DNA of 55,905 bases, from contig CAZZKL010000002.1 in the NCBI GenBank assembly GCA_964655135.1, positions 1-55,905 on the forward strand, written 5' to 3'. Shown piece by piece: positions 40,258 through 50,200 of this stretch (its first letter is position 1; every line of letters starts with the position of its first letter). The notes under the pieces were generated by a model, which saw nothing but the letters and a program-made list of their open reading frames with translations, did not search any database and was not told the origin of the DNA. The position numbers and the translations under genes are program-made. This stretch comes from an uncultured Roseovarius sp. (GTDB taxonomy: Bacteria; Pseudomonadota; Alphaproteobacteria; Rhodobacterales; Rhodobacteraceae).

Positions 40258-40943
40258 TTTTGCGCCCCGAGGAATGGGCCGCCTTGGCGTTGTCCCTAAA
40301 AGTGTCCTTCTGGGCGGTGTTCCTCAGCCTGCCATTGGCCTTGCTGGTGGCATGGGTGCTGGCGCGGCGGGAATTTCGTGGCAAATCCCTGCTCAGCGCA
40401 TTGGTATATCTGCCGCTGATTTTACCACCAGTTGTAACGGGTTACCTTCTGTTGTTAATGTTCGGGCGGGCCGGAATCATCGGTGAGTTTCTGGCGCGGT
40501 TTGGCATTGTGCTGGCCTTCCGCTGGACCGGGGCGGCACTGGCGGCGGCGATCATGGGGTTCCCGTTGATGGTGCGCGCCATCCGACTGGCGATTGAGGC
40601 GGCAGACCCAAAGCTTGAGGCCGCCGCCGCCACCCTTGGCGCAGGCCCCGCAGCCCGATTTATCCTTGTAACACTGCCACTTATCGCCCCCGGCATCCTT
40701 GCGGGGGCGGTGCTTGGCTTTGCCAAAGCGATGGGGGAATTTGGCGCGACCATCACTTTCGTGGCCAACATTCCCGGCCAAACCCAGACATTACCCTCGG
40801 CGATTTACGCCTTTTTGCAGGTGCCGGGGGGGGAATCATCGGCGCTCAGGCTGGTGGGATTATCACTATTCGTGGCCTTGGGGGCGGTTTTGGTGTCGGA
40901 ATGGCTGGCGCGGCGGGTGGCGGAAAGGATCGGGCAGAGATGA
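40254..40943 (+). CDS. modB: Molybdate ABC transporter permease
   Basis: LPLILPPVVTGY, GEFGATI. Confidence 0.93.
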   Translation: MILRPEEWAALALSLKVSFWAVFLSLPLALLVAWVLARREFRGKSLLSALVYLPLILPPVVTGYLLLLMFGRAGIIGEFLARFGIVLAFRWTGAALAAAIMGFPLMVRAIRLAIEAADPKLEAAAATLGAGPAARFILVTLPLIAPGILAGAVLGFAKAMGEFGATITFVANIPGQTQTLPSAIYAFLQVPGGESSALRLVGLSLFVALGAVLVSEWLARRVAERIGQR

Positions 40944-42031
40944 GCCTTGAGGTAAGCATCACCCATCAGACCGGCGATTTCGCGCTTGATGTCGACTTTA
41001 AAACCGGCCCCGGCGTGACGGCAATCTTTGGTCCGTCAGGATCAGGAAAATCAAGCATTGCCAATGCTATATCAGGCTTAGTTAAACCAGATTCCGGGCG
41101 CATTTCCTTGCTGGATACGGTGCTTTTTGATGCCAAGAGCGGGCAAAATATTGCGCCCCATAAACGTGGTATTGGCTATGTGTTTCAGGATGGTCGGTTG
41201 TTTCCCCATCTCAGCGTCGCGGGCAATATCCGGTTTGCAATGCGCTTTGCCAAAACGGCGGGGAATATGGATGAGGTGGTTCGGATGCTGGGTCTTGAGA
41301 GCCTGCTTTCGCGGCGTCCAAACAGCTTGTCGGGGGGTGAAAAACAACGGGTTGCCTTGGCACGGGCATTATTGTCGCAACCCAAATTAATGCTTATGGA
41401 TGAACCACTTGCGGCGTTGGATGCGCCGCGTAAGGATGAGATTTTACCCTATCTTGAGCGGCTCAGGGACCGGGCGAAAATGCCGATCATCTATGTCAGC
41501 CATTCGGTGGCTGAAGTGGCGCGGCTGGCGGATGATTTGATCGTTTTGCAGGATGGAAAGATTGTGATGTCCGGCCCGACTGAGGATGTGTTGAGCGACC
41601 CGGCAGCGATGCCTTTCGTGGGGGTGCGCGAGGCCGGGTCGGTTTTGCGCGCCAAGGTGCTTGAACATGGCACAGATGGGCTGTGCCGGTTGCAAATCAG
41701 CGGGGGTGAGCTTGTTCTTCCAGGGGTTGCGGCCGTTGTAGGAAAAACAATTAGAATCAGAGTGTTGGCGCAGGATGTTCTTCTATCACTTGAACTTCCC
41801 ATAGGCCTGTCGTCACGCAATATACTGCCGGTTCAGGTGACCGCGATAAAGCTGGGGGATGGGCCGGGTGCTGCGATTTCTTTACGCAGCGGTGCCGACC
41901 GTTTGCTGGCGCGGATCACGTCTCAGGCGGCGGAGGAGCTGGGGTTGCGGCCGGGGCTGGATTGTTTTGCCATTCTCAAAGCCACGGCTGTCCCCCGGGG
42001 GGATATTGGGGGAAACGTGCCCGATACCTGA
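40940..42031 (+). CDS. modC: Molybdate ABC transporter ATPase
   Basis: GPSGSGKS, VFQDGRLFPHL, LSGGEKQR, C-terminal TOBE-like SSRNIL. Confidence 0.93.
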   Translation: MSLEVSITHQTGDFALDVDFKTGPGVTAIFGPSGSGKSSIANAISGLVKPDSGRISLLDTVLFDAKSGQNIAPHKRGIGYVFQDGRLFPHLSVAGNIRFAMRFAKTAGNMDEVVRMLGLESLLSRRPNSLSGGEKQRVALARALLSQPKLMLMDEPLAALDAPRKDEILPYLERLRDRAKMPIIYVSHSVAEVARLADDLIVLQDGKIVMSGPTEDVLSDPAAMPFVGVREAGSVLRAKVLEHGTDGLCRLQISGGELVLPGVAAVVGKTIRIRVLAQDVLLSLELPIGLSSRNILPVQVTAIKLGDGPGAAISLRSGADRLLARITSQAAEELGLRPGLDCFAILKATAVPRGDIGGNVPDT

Positions 42032-42059
42032 TGCGGCGGCGGTGTCGATTTTGGGCAAA

Positions 42060-42174
42060 TAAAGCCTTTCGCGATAAACCTGAATCACAGGTTTACCGCG
42101 AAAGGCGCGAAACACTGATACCTAGCGCGGCGTTTCACCTTTTCCCTGCCTCAGGTTAAAGGCGAAACGCTTTA
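42060..42174 (+). repeat. 115-bp double-hairpin intergenic repeat with a GANTC site (CIR-like/MITE-like), copy 2
   Basis: Ends TAAAGCCTTTC...GAAACGCTTTA; hairpin GCCTTTCGCGATAAACCTG/CAGGTTTACCGCGAAAGGC with GAATC at 42082-42086. Confidence 0.75.
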
Positions 42175-42264
42175 TGTTGTACAAATTGTACAACATGCAT
42201 GGGAGTTTTGCACAACACTGACCATTTGGTAAAAAATCACGGTTATTTTGCGCGCCGATGAAAA

Positions 42265-43236
42265 TTATTCGGCGAAATGGCAGGCGGCCTGGGTTGTACT
42301 GCCTGCAATCGGGCGCAGATTTGGCCGCTCAGAACGACACCGGTCCTGCGCTATGGCACAACGTGGCGCGAAGGGGCAGCCGGGGGGCGGATTGACCGGA
42401 TCAGGTAGCTCGCCGGGCTGGCGGGGTTTGTCGAACGATCCGCCGGTCAGTTTTGGAATCGCGTCAAGCAACAGCCGTGTGTAGGGGTGTTTGGGACCCA
42501 CAAAAATATCCTCGGCTTGCGCCAGCTCCATCACCTGCCCCAGATACATCACCGCGACGCGGGTGCCGAAATGTTTCACCACCGAAAGATCATGGGTGAT
42601 GAACAGATAAGTCAGGCCACGGGTGGCTTGCAGATCGGTGAGCAGGTTAAGAATCTGCGCCTGAATTGAGACATCGAGCGCCGAAATTGGCTCATCCGCC
42701 ACGATGAAGGCGGGGTTGGTGACCAAGGCGCGGGCGATGGCGATGCGCTGCCGCTGGCCACCGGAAAACTCATGCGGCAGTTTACGCTGCCAACTTTGAT
42801 CGCAGCCGGTGGCGTCAAGCACGTTTTCAACCTGAGCGCGAATTTCAGCATGGCTCATTTCAGGTTTCAGGTGGCGGATTGGCTCGGCCAGAGTGTCAAA
42901 CACATTGCGCCGGGGGTTGAGCGAGGCATAGGGGTTTTGAAACACCATCTGCATGTCGGCGCGGATCGGTTTGCGGGTAGGTTCATCCATGGTGTCGATG
43001 CGGGTGCCGCGAAAATATATTTCGCCTGCCGACGGTGTAAGAAGGCCCATGATGGCGCGGCCCAAAGTGGTTTTGCCGCAACCGGATTCGCCGACGACGC
43101 AGAAGCTTTCGCCCGCCTCGATGGCAAGGCTGACGCCGGAAAGGGCGTGCAGCACCGGCTTTTCACGGCTGAGGAAATGTGTTGGCAGTGAAAACCGCAT
43201 CTCTAAGCCTTTGGTTTCAATAATTGGCACACTCAT
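42265..43236 (-). CDS. Peptide/nickel-family ABC transporter ATPase (DppF/OppF-like)
   Basis: GESGCGKT, FSGGQRQR, HPYT, GCPFAPRC. Confidence 0.9.
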   Translation of the reverse strand: MSVPIIETKGLEMRFSLPTHFLSREKPVLHALSGVSLAIEAGESFCVVGESGCGKTTLGRAIMGLLTPSAGEIYFRGTRIDTMDEPTRKPIRADMQMVFQNPYASLNPRRNVFDTLAEPIRHLKPEMSHAEIRAQVENVLDATGCDQSWQRKLPHEFSGGQRQRIAIARALVTNPAFIVADEPISALDVSIQAQILNLLTDLQATRGLTYLFITHDLSVVKHFGTRVAVMYLGQVMELAQAEDIFVGPKHPYTRLLLDAIPKLTGGSFDKPRQPGELPDPVNPPPGCPFAPRCAIAQDRCRSERPNLRPIAGSTTQAACHFAE

Positions 43237-44204
43237 GCGGGGGCCTTTGCGTTGGCTTTGAGGGGGTGAAAACAGGCGATACCATTGGTAAGTTCGGGCG
43301 CGCCCGCGTGGCATCGCTGGGTGGCGAATTCGCAGCGCGGATGATAGGCGCAGCCCGAGGGCAGGGCAGTAATCGGCGGCATTGAGCCGGGGATCTGGTA
43401 AAGCTCGTGACCGCGCGCGGAATTTTGCGGCAGGGCCTTGAGCAATCCGCTGGAATAAGGGTGTGTGGGGGCGGTGATAATGCGTTGCGTCGGGCCTTCC
43501 TCAACACATAAACCGGCGTACATAATCATTAACCGCTGGGTCACTTCGGCAACGACGCCAAGGTCATGGGTGATCAGGATAAGCGCCATATCGCGGTCAC
43601 GGCAGAGCTTGAGGATGAGGGACATGATCTCGGCCTGGATGGTCACGTCGAGGGCGGTTGTTGGCTCATCCGCGATGATAATCTCGGGGTCGGTAAGAAG
43701 GGCGATGGCAATGACGACACGCTGACGCAAGCCGCCAGAGAGTTCGTGTGGGTAGGCGTCAAGCCGCGATTCAGCCGAGGGGATGGCGACCAATTTTAAC
43801 TTTTCGATGCACAGCCTGCGGGCGTTTTTGGTGTTGATTTTGCGATGGGCTTTGAGGGTTTCCATCATCTGGGTGCCAATGGTGAGGACCGGGTTGAGGG
43901 TGACCATCGGGTCCTGAAAAATCATTGAAATGCGGTTGCCACGGATGACGCGAATATCGCGCTCGGACATCTCAAGAAGGCTTTGCCCGTCAAACCGGAT
44001 TGTGCCTTTTGTGACGCGCCCCGGATCGGCAATCAGGTTGAGGATGGCGAAGGCCAGCATGGATTTGCCAGCGCCGGATTCGCCAACGATCCCAAGGCGT
44101 TCGCCTTTTTCTAAGCTGAGGCTGACGCCGCGCAGAGCCTCGGCCCAATCGTGTTTGCCATGCGGGAAGGCAACATGCAGATCGCTGACTTCGAGGAGAG
44201 CCAT
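43233..44204 (-). CDS. Peptide/nickel-family ABC transporter ATPase (DppD/OppD-like)
   Basis: GESGAGKS, IFQDPM, LSGGLRQR, DEPTTALDVT. Confidence 0.9.
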   Translation of the reverse strand: MALLEVSDLHVAFPHGKHDWAEALRGVSLSLEKGERLGIVGESGAGKSMLAFAILNLIADPGRVTKGTIRFDGQSLLEMSERDIRVIRGNRISMIFQDPMVTLNPVLTIGTQMMETLKAHRKINTKNARRLCIEKLKLVAIPSAESRLDAYPHELSGGLRQRVVIAIALLTDPEIIIADEPTTALDVTIQAEIMSLILKLCRDRDMALILITHDLGVVAEVTQRLMIMYAGLCVEEGPTQRIITAPTHPYSSGLLKALPQNSARGHELYQIPGSMPPITALPSGCAYHPRCEFATQRCHAGAPELTNGIACFHPLKANAKAPA

Positions 44205-45112
44205 CAGCCTTCTCCCCGGCGTAGTTTTGGGTTCATCACATCGCGCAGCCAGTCGCCCAGCAGGTTGAGCGCGAGGACCAGCATGATCAGCACAATAGCG
44301 GGGTAGAATGTGATCCACCAAGAGCCGGAAAAGATGTATTCAAAGCCCGAGCGGATCAGGGAGCCAAGGGACGGTTTGTTAACCGGCATACCAAGGCCAA
44401 GAAATGACAGGGCGGCCTCGGTCATGATGGCCTCGGCCACCTGAATGGTTGATATGACCAGCACCGGCGTCATGGCGTTGGGCAGGATATGGCCCCACAT
44501 CACCTTGCGCGCGGGCAGGCCGATAACGCGGGCGGCGTCGACATATTCTTTGTTTTTCTCGCCCAGAACGGACGCGCGCACGGTGCGGGCGAATTTGGGC
44601 CACTCAGCAATGCCAATGATTAAGATCAGCATGAATATCGCGTAATGGGCATAGACCGACGGATCAAACGCCGCCTGAAACAGCGCCAGTACGATGATGG
44701 CAATCATCAAAGTGGAAAGCGACATCTGAATGTCGGCAAGGCGCATCAGGAAGCTATCAACCCAGCCGCCTTTGTAGCCTGCGATGAGGCCTAAGGTGAT
44801 GCCAAGGACACCCTGGACGATGACCGCGCCGATGCCGATCAGCAATGAGATGCCGGTGCCGTACATGATGGTTGAGAGCACGCCGCGCCCTTGGCTGTCG
44901 GTGCCAAGCCAGAAGCGTGGATCGCCGCCGGGTTCCCAACTGGGGGGCATGTCACTGTCCATCACATCAATCTGCATGAGATCATAGGGGTTTTGAGGGG
45001 CAATCAGGGGCGCAAAGACCGCCATCAGGATCAGGAATAGCAGTACCAGACCTGCAATTATCGCCACCGGATCCGAGAGGAAACGTTTGAGGAGGGTGGA
45101 CCATGTGATCAT
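44204..45112 (-). CDS. Peptide-family ABC transporter permease (DppC-like)
   Basis: LGTDSQGR, EYVDAARVIG, EAALSFLGLG. Confidence 0.9.
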   Translation of the reverse strand: MITWSTLLKRFLSDPVAIIAGLVLLFLILMAVFAPLIAPQNPYDLMQIDVMDSDMPPSWEPGGDPRFWLGTDSQGRGVLSTIMYGTGISLLIGIGAVIVQGVLGITLGLIAGYKGGWVDSFLMRLADIQMSLSTLMIAIIVLALFQAAFDPSVYAHYAIFMLILIIGIAEWPKFARTVRASVLGEKNKEYVDAARVIGLPARKVMWGHILPNAMTPVLVISTIQVAEAIMTEAALSFLGLGMPVNKPSLGSLIRSGFEYIFSGSWWITFYPAIVLIMLVLALNLLGDWLRDVMNPKLRRGEG

Positions 45113-46095
45113 GCTTTTGCCCCCGGTAGTTTCACCATTGGATTGATCAGAGTGTAGAGGAAATCGACGGCTGTGTTGACGACGACGAAGATCAGGCCAA
45201 CAACGATGATATAGGCAATGATCAGGGGCGTATCGACGCGGTTGACGGCCTCAAGAAACAAAAATCCCATGCCGGGCCATTGGAAAACTGTCTCGGTCAG
45301 GATGGTGTAGGCGATGAGCGTGCCGATCATCAACCCACCCACGGTTACTACCGGTAAAAGTGTGTTTCGAAAGGCGTGCACATAGCGCACGCGGGCGGTG
45401 GACAGGCCTTTGGCACGGGCGAAACGGACGTAATCGGTGCCCATGGCCTCCATCATTTCGGCGCGGATGAGGCGGATGAACAGCGGCAGCATGATGGAAC
45501 TGAGGGTGATCGAGGGCAGGATCAGGTGCCGCAGGCCGCTGAGGGTAAGAAAGCCGGTTTTCCAGCCCCATGGCAGGGTGTATGTTTCACCCCGGCCATA
45601 GGCGGGGAGCCAGCCAAGCTCGACCCCGAAAATCCACACCATGAGAATGGCGGTGAGAAATACCGGCACTGAAATGCCAAGGATCGACGCCGACATAATG
45701 AGCCGTGTGAGCCAGGAATTGCGGTGGATGGCGCAGTAGATGCCCGCCGGGATCGAGATGCTGAGGAAGATCAGGACCGAGCCGAGGACCAGCTCAAACG
45801 TGGCGGGGAATTTATCCATGATCACCGAAAGCGCGGGGCGTTTGAAGAAATATGAGGTGCCAAGATCGCCCCGGACGGCGTGGCCAAGAAAGCGGGTATA
45901 TTGGATGAGAAACGGATCGTTGAGGCCCATTTCATCGCGCATCAGATCGCGTTCAGCCTCGGATACCGATTGGCCAACCAGCTCGCGCAGGGGATCGCCA
46001 AGATTGTCCTGAATGGAAAATCCGATGAGGGAGATGACAAACATCACAATCACGGCCTGAATGGCGCGGCGGAGGAGGAAGGCGAGTATGTGCAC
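45109..46095 (-). CDS. Peptide-family ABC transporter permease (DppB-like)
   Basis: GDLGTS, DYVRFARAKGL, ETVFQWPGMG. Confidence 0.9.
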   Translation of the reverse strand: MHILAFLLRRAIQAVIVMFVISLIGFSIQDNLGDPLRELVGQSVSEAERDLMRDEMGLNDPFLIQYTRFLGHAVRGDLGTSYFFKRPALSVIMDKFPATFELVLGSVLIFLSISIPAGIYCAIHRNSWLTRLIMSASILGISVPVFLTAILMVWIFGVELGWLPAYGRGETYTLPWGWKTGFLTLSGLRHLILPSITLSSIMLPLFIRLIRAEMMEAMGTDYVRFARAKGLSTARVRYVHAFRNTLLPVVTVGGLMIGTLIAYTILTETVFQWPGMGFLFLEAVNRVDTPLIIAYIIVVGLIFVVVNTAVDFLYTLINPMVKLPGAKA

Positions 46096-46117
46096 TGGGT
46101 TTCTTTCTGGTGCTTAT

Positions 46118-46141
46118 GCGGGCCGGAACAGTCCGGCCCGC
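46118..46141. other. Intercistronic stem-loop after the substrate-binding gene
   Basis: GCGGGCCGGA-acag-TCCGGCCCGC, a 10-bp perfect stem with no U-tract; position typical of mRNA-stabilising hairpins in ABC operons. Confidence 0.6.
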
Positions 46142-46159
46142 CAGCTTTGGTTTAATGGC

Positions 46160-47704
46160 TTATTCGGAGATGACCAAATCGCCGAGATAGGGGAAGTTCA
46201 TCACGTTGAGAACCGGCTCGATGTCGACGCCTTTGCGCGCGGCCCAGGCCAGATCCTGCCAGTGCAGCGGTACATAAGCGGCTTCATCAAACAGGATTTT
46301 CTCAACCTTCTGAAGCTCTTGCGCGCGAACGGCTGTATCGGTTTCCGTCAGCGACGCCTCGGTCAGTCTGTCAACTTCAGCGTTGGAATAGTTGCCTGAG
46401 TTATATTGGCCCCGACCGGTATCGGCATTGGGGGTCATGGTCAGGAACTCGTTGAAATTGGCACTGTCTTCGGTGTCGGAATGCCAGCCGATCATCATGA
46501 TGTCCGCCGCGCGTTCATCAAATTTGGGCCAGTATTGCGCCTTGGGCATGGTGGTCAGATCAATCTTGATTTTGATCTTGGCCAGCATCGCCGCCGCCGC
46601 TTCGCAGATTTTGAAATCGTTGACGTAGCGGTTATTGGGGCACATCATCGTGGCCGAAAAACCATCAGGATAGCCCGCCTCAACCATCAAAGCCTGAGCC
46701 TTGGCCAGATCAAAACGCGGGGTCAGATCGGGGTTATAGCCGATATAGCCCTTGGGCGATTGTTGCGCCGCAGCGGTGCCAAAACCCTTCATGATCTTCT
46801 CGACGATGCCTTCATTGTTGATGGCATTGACGATCGCCAGACGGACTTTGACATTGGCCAGAGCCGCGTTGCGCTCTTGGTTCATCTGCAAAGTGATGAT
46901 GCGCGTGCCGGTCATGGTGACCAGATTGGTGCCGTCATTGGCGTCAATCCGGGCCAGATCGGTGGGCGGCACAGGGGCGATGAAATCAACGTCCCCAGCC
47001 AGAAGGGCGGCCACACGAGTGGGCGCTTCTTTGATCGGGGTGAGGATCGCGGTTTGCACGTTGCCGGGGCTGTTGGTGTCCCAGTAATCAGGGTTGCGGG
47101 TAAAGACAACTTTGACGCCCTGTTCACGCTCGGTAATGGTGAACGGCCCGGTGCCGGAAATGTGGCTTGAGGCAAAGCTGTCACCGTGTTTGACGATCTC
47201 GGGGCCGCCGGCCTCGTAAAACTTGCTGTCCATCGGGAAAACATAAGTGGCGGTGTGCATGATCAGCGGGCTTGGCCCGTCGGTTTTGATCTCAACGGTA
47301 TAGTCATCAATCGCGGTGGCCGAGGACCAGCCCGAGAAGATGCCTTTGAAATCGGGTGAGGTTTTCAGCCGGTCAATGGTCCAGACCACATCGGCGGCGG
47401 TAAACGGGTTGCCGGAGTGGAATTTCACACCGTGGCGCAGGTTAAAGCGCATGGTGGTGGCATCCACCCGCTCCCAGCTTTCGGCAAGGCGCGGATCAAA
47501 GCCGAGGTCTTTGTTCCAGCGCACAAGCGGGTCAAACACCATGTGCGAAAGCTGCAATGTGCCGCCTGAAAGCTGCTCATGCGGGTCCAGCGATACCGGA
47601 TCGGCGTCATAGGCAAATTTCAGCGTCTGTGCCGGGGCCAAAGTGGCCACGCCGAGCATCACAGCGGTGGCTGCGGCGGTTGCAAAATGTCGTAATATAT
47701 TCAT
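46160..47704 (-). CDS. Family 5 ABC substrate-binding protein (DppA-like)
   Basis: Signal peptide, SLDPH, LAESWE, GVKFHSG, GTGPF; ATG at 47704. Substrate cannot be determined. Confidence 0.9.
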   Translation of the reverse strand: MNILRHFATAAATAVMLGVATLAPAQTLKFAYDADPVSLDPHEQLSGGTLQLSHMVFDPLVRWNKDLGFDPRLAESWERVDATTMRFNLRHGVKFHSGNPFTAADVVWTIDRLKTSPDFKGIFSGWSSATAIDDYTVEIKTDGPSPLIMHTATYVFPMDSKFYEAGGPEIVKHGDSFASSHISGTGPFTITEREQGVKVVFTRNPDYWDTNSPGNVQTAILTPIKEAPTRVAALLAGDVDFIAPVPPTDLARIDANDGTNLVTMTGTRIITLQMNQERNAALANVKVRLAIVNAINNEGIVEKIMKGFGTAAAQQSPKGYIGYNPDLTPRFDLAKAQALMVEAGYPDGFSATMMCPNNRYVNDFKICEAAAAMLAKIKIKIDLTTMPKAQYWPKFDERAADIMMIGWHSDTEDSANFNEFLTMTPNADTGRGQYNSGNYSNAEVDRLTEASLTETDTAVRAQELQKVEKILFDEAAYVPLHWQDLAWAARKGVDIEPVLNVMNFPYLGDLVISE

Positions 47705-47950
47705 CGGAATCTCCCTTTTTTGCCGGGCACTTTCACGCGGGAATTGCGTGATGGTCCGGGCATGGGGGCAGAGTGTCGCGATTCTTTGCAAGTGTAAAGG
47801 GTTGGTTCCGCCGGGGAATATTGCATCTCACCGGGGTCATTGTGGGGTCATTGTGGGGTTTCAGGCGTCTGGCTGCTTATATTTATATTATCAGGTCAAA
47901 CACTTGCGATCCCTTATGCAAGATATTGACGATCTGCGCTTCTGCCCATA

Positions 47951-47967
47951 CTGATAAAAAGACTCAG
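47951..47967. promoter_or_regulatory. Iron-Rhodo-box/IRO-like operator
   Basis: CTGA-TAAAAAGAC-TCAG (TGA-N9-TCA), 24 nt upstream of an iron permease. Confidence 0.55.
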
Positions 47968-47991
47968 GCTATAATCCACCAAGGGAAGCGC

Positions 47992-49641
47992 ATGACCGAA
48001 CGCTTGTTGCATCATCTGGCCTGGATTGCGGTTGTGCTGTGTCTGGCGCCGATTTTGGCGGTGGCGCTGGCGGCGTTTTCCGGCGATTTGCAGACCTGGC
48101 GGGATGTGCTGTCAAGCGTGCTGCCGCGCTACACCAAGACCACGTTAATTCTGGTGGTGAGCGTGGGGGTTTCCACCGCTGTAATCGGCTCGGTCACCGC
48201 CTGGCTGGTGACGGTGTACCGCTTTCCCGGATCGAAAATCCTTGAGGTGGCGCTGGCGCTGCCGCTGGCGTTTCCGGCTTATGTGATGGCTTATGCCTAT
48301 ACCTCACTCTTGGATCATCCCGGGCCGGTCCAAAGTCTCATGCGCGATGTCACCGGATGGGGGCCGCGCGACTATTGGTTCCCGGAAATTCGCAGCATTG
48401 GCGGCGCGGCGATGATGCTGACCATCGTGCTATACCCTTATGTGTATCTGCTGGCGCGGGCATCGTTCCGGCAGCAATCGACCAATGCGTTTTTGGTGGC
48501 GCGGACCTTGGGATTGTCGCCGGTAAAGGCGTTTTTGCGGGTGGCCCTGCCGATGGCGCGACCGGCGATTGCGGGGGGGGCGTTACTGGCGGTGATGGAG
48601 ACGATTGCGGATTTTGGCACGGTGGCGTTTTTCAACGTTCAGACCTTTGCCACCGGGATTTATCAAGCGTGGTTTTCGCTGGGGGACCGGGCGACAGCGG
48701 CGCAACTGGCGCTGGGTTTGCTGAGTTTTGCGCTGGTGCTGGCGGCGTTGGAGCGGGCGCAGCGCGGTAAGGCCAAAACCGCCGGGCATGGCGCGCGGTT
48801 TGAGACATTGGACCGGCCTGAGTTACGCGGTGGCGCGGGGTGGATTGCCACGGCGGTTTGTTTGGTGCCGGTGCTGCTGGGCTTTGTCATTCCGGTGATC
48901 ATGCTGGGGGTGATGGCGCATGGCTCAGGGCAGAGCCTGCTTGCCCCTAAGTATCTGAGCCTGATGGGTAATTCGGTGATGCTGGCCTCAGTGGCGGCGG
49001 TTTTGACGGTGATTGGCGCGGTGCTGATCGGGTTTCGGGCGCGGACCAAACCGGGGCGCGGCTCAAAGGCGATTGTGATCACTGCGGGGCTTGGCTATGC
49101 GGTGCCCGGCGGGGTGATTGCGGTGGGGCTTATGGTGCCGATGGCGGGGCTGGACAACCTGATTGACGGGGTGATGGAGGCGCGGTTTGGCATCAATACC
49201 GGGCTGCTGATTACCGGCTCAATCTGGTTGATGGTGCTGGCGTATATTGTGCGGTTCATGGCCGCCGCGTTGAACGCTTATGATAGCGGCATGGCGACGG
49301 TGCCGGGGCATTTTGATGCGATTGGCCGGTCTTTGGGGCAATCGGGCGCGCGGCTGCTCTGGCGGGTGCATTTGCCGGTGGCGCGGACGAGTGTTTTGAC
49401 GGCATTGCTGATTGTGTTTGTCGATGTGATGAAAGAGCTGCCCGCAACGCTGATCCTGCATCCGTTCAACTTCTCGACGCTGGCGGTGCAGGCGCATCGG
49501 CTGGCCGAGGATGAGCGGCTGGCCGAGGCGGCGGTGCCGTCGCTGGTGCTGGTGGCGTTTGGGCTTATTCCGGTGCTGATCTTGTGCCGGTCGCTGGCGC
49601 GTCCCGGCCTGCGCGCCGGGTCTTCGGCGCTGGCGGCGTAA
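47992..49641 (+). CDS. Fe(III) ABC transporter permease (FbpB/SfuB-like)
   Basis: Two permease repeats; LPLAFPAYV, LYPYVYL, DVMKELPATL; ATG at 47992. Confidence 0.88.
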   Translation: MTERLLHHLAWIAVVLCLAPILAVALAAFSGDLQTWRDVLSSVLPRYTKTTLILVVSVGVSTAVIGSVTAWLVTVYRFPGSKILEVALALPLAFPAYVMAYAYTSLLDHPGPVQSLMRDVTGWGPRDYWFPEIRSIGGAAMMLTIVLYPYVYLLARASFRQQSTNAFLVARTLGLSPVKAFLRVALPMARPAIAGGALLAVMETIADFGTVAFFNVQTFATGIYQAWFSLGDRATAAQLALGLLSFALVLAALERAQRGKAKTAGHGARFETLDRPELRGGAGWIATAVCLVPVLLGFVIPVIMLGVMAHGSGQSLLAPKYLSLMGNSVMLASVAAVLTVIGAVLIGFRARTKPGRGSKAIVITAGLGYAVPGGVIAVGLMVPMAGLDNLIDGVMEARFGINTGLLITGSIWLMVLAYIVRFMAAALNAYDSGMATVPGHFDAIGRSLGQSGARLLWRVHLPVARTSVLTALLIVFVDVMKELPATLILHPFNFSTLAVQAHRLAEDERLAEAAVPSLVLVAFGLIPVLILCRSLARPGLRAGSSALAA

Positions 49642-49644
49642 GGA

Positions 49645-50184
49645 TTATTCTCCGGCCATGACGGGCGCGGGTTTTTCGATGGTGTCGAACCACGCCAAAA
49701 GGGTCTGGCTATCGGGATTAAGAGGCTCGGCGCAACCGCCGGTGAACTCAAGAAATGCCTCAAGGTTGGTTTTGTTGACGCCAACTAAAACCGGCACCTC
49801 TAGGCTTAGGGCTTCGGCGATCAATTCACGAAACCCATGGCCTTCGGCCTCGTGTTTGCCGAATTTGTTGATGATCAAAAGCCCGGTGTCAGGGCTGAGG
49901 CGGCGGGCCACTTCGGCCACCGTCTGCTCAAGTGCCGCCGGATCAAGGCGGCACCCGCGTGCGGCGCTGCCCAAGGATTGCGAGATGCGAATAATCGGCC
50001 CGTCGGGCAAAACCCGCGCGTCCATGTCGCAATGATGGGTGCCCGCGCAGGCGGTGTTGCTTTGCACCACGCCCGCAAGTTTGGTGCCGGCGGTCAGGTG
50101 CAGGGCGGCAAAGGCGGTCAGAAGCTGATCAATTTCACCGGGGTGTCCTGTGGGGTGTTGGGCGATGACATAAGCGAGGGTCAT
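49645..50184 (-). CDS. DUF2478 family protein
   Basis: LAGVVQ, ISQSLG...GCRLD, IINKFGKHEAEGHG; last gene of the nar unit. Confidence 0.78.
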   Translation of the reverse strand: MTLAYVIAQHPTGHPGEIDQLLTAFAALHLTAGTKLAGVVQSNTACAGTHHCDMDARVLPDGPIIRISQSLGSAARGCRLDPAALEQTVAEVARRLSPDTGLLIINKFGKHEAEGHGFRELIAEALSLEVPVLVGVNKTNLEAFLEFTGGCAEPLNPDSQTLLAWFDTIEKPAPVMAGE

Positions 50185-50200
50185 GGGCTATCCGATCTGG

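Noticed and set aside
47773-47991. Upstream extension of the iron permease ORF and an 11-bp tandem duplication (GGGGTCATTGT x2)
   Set aside because: Divergent promoter region; only two units and no coding signal.
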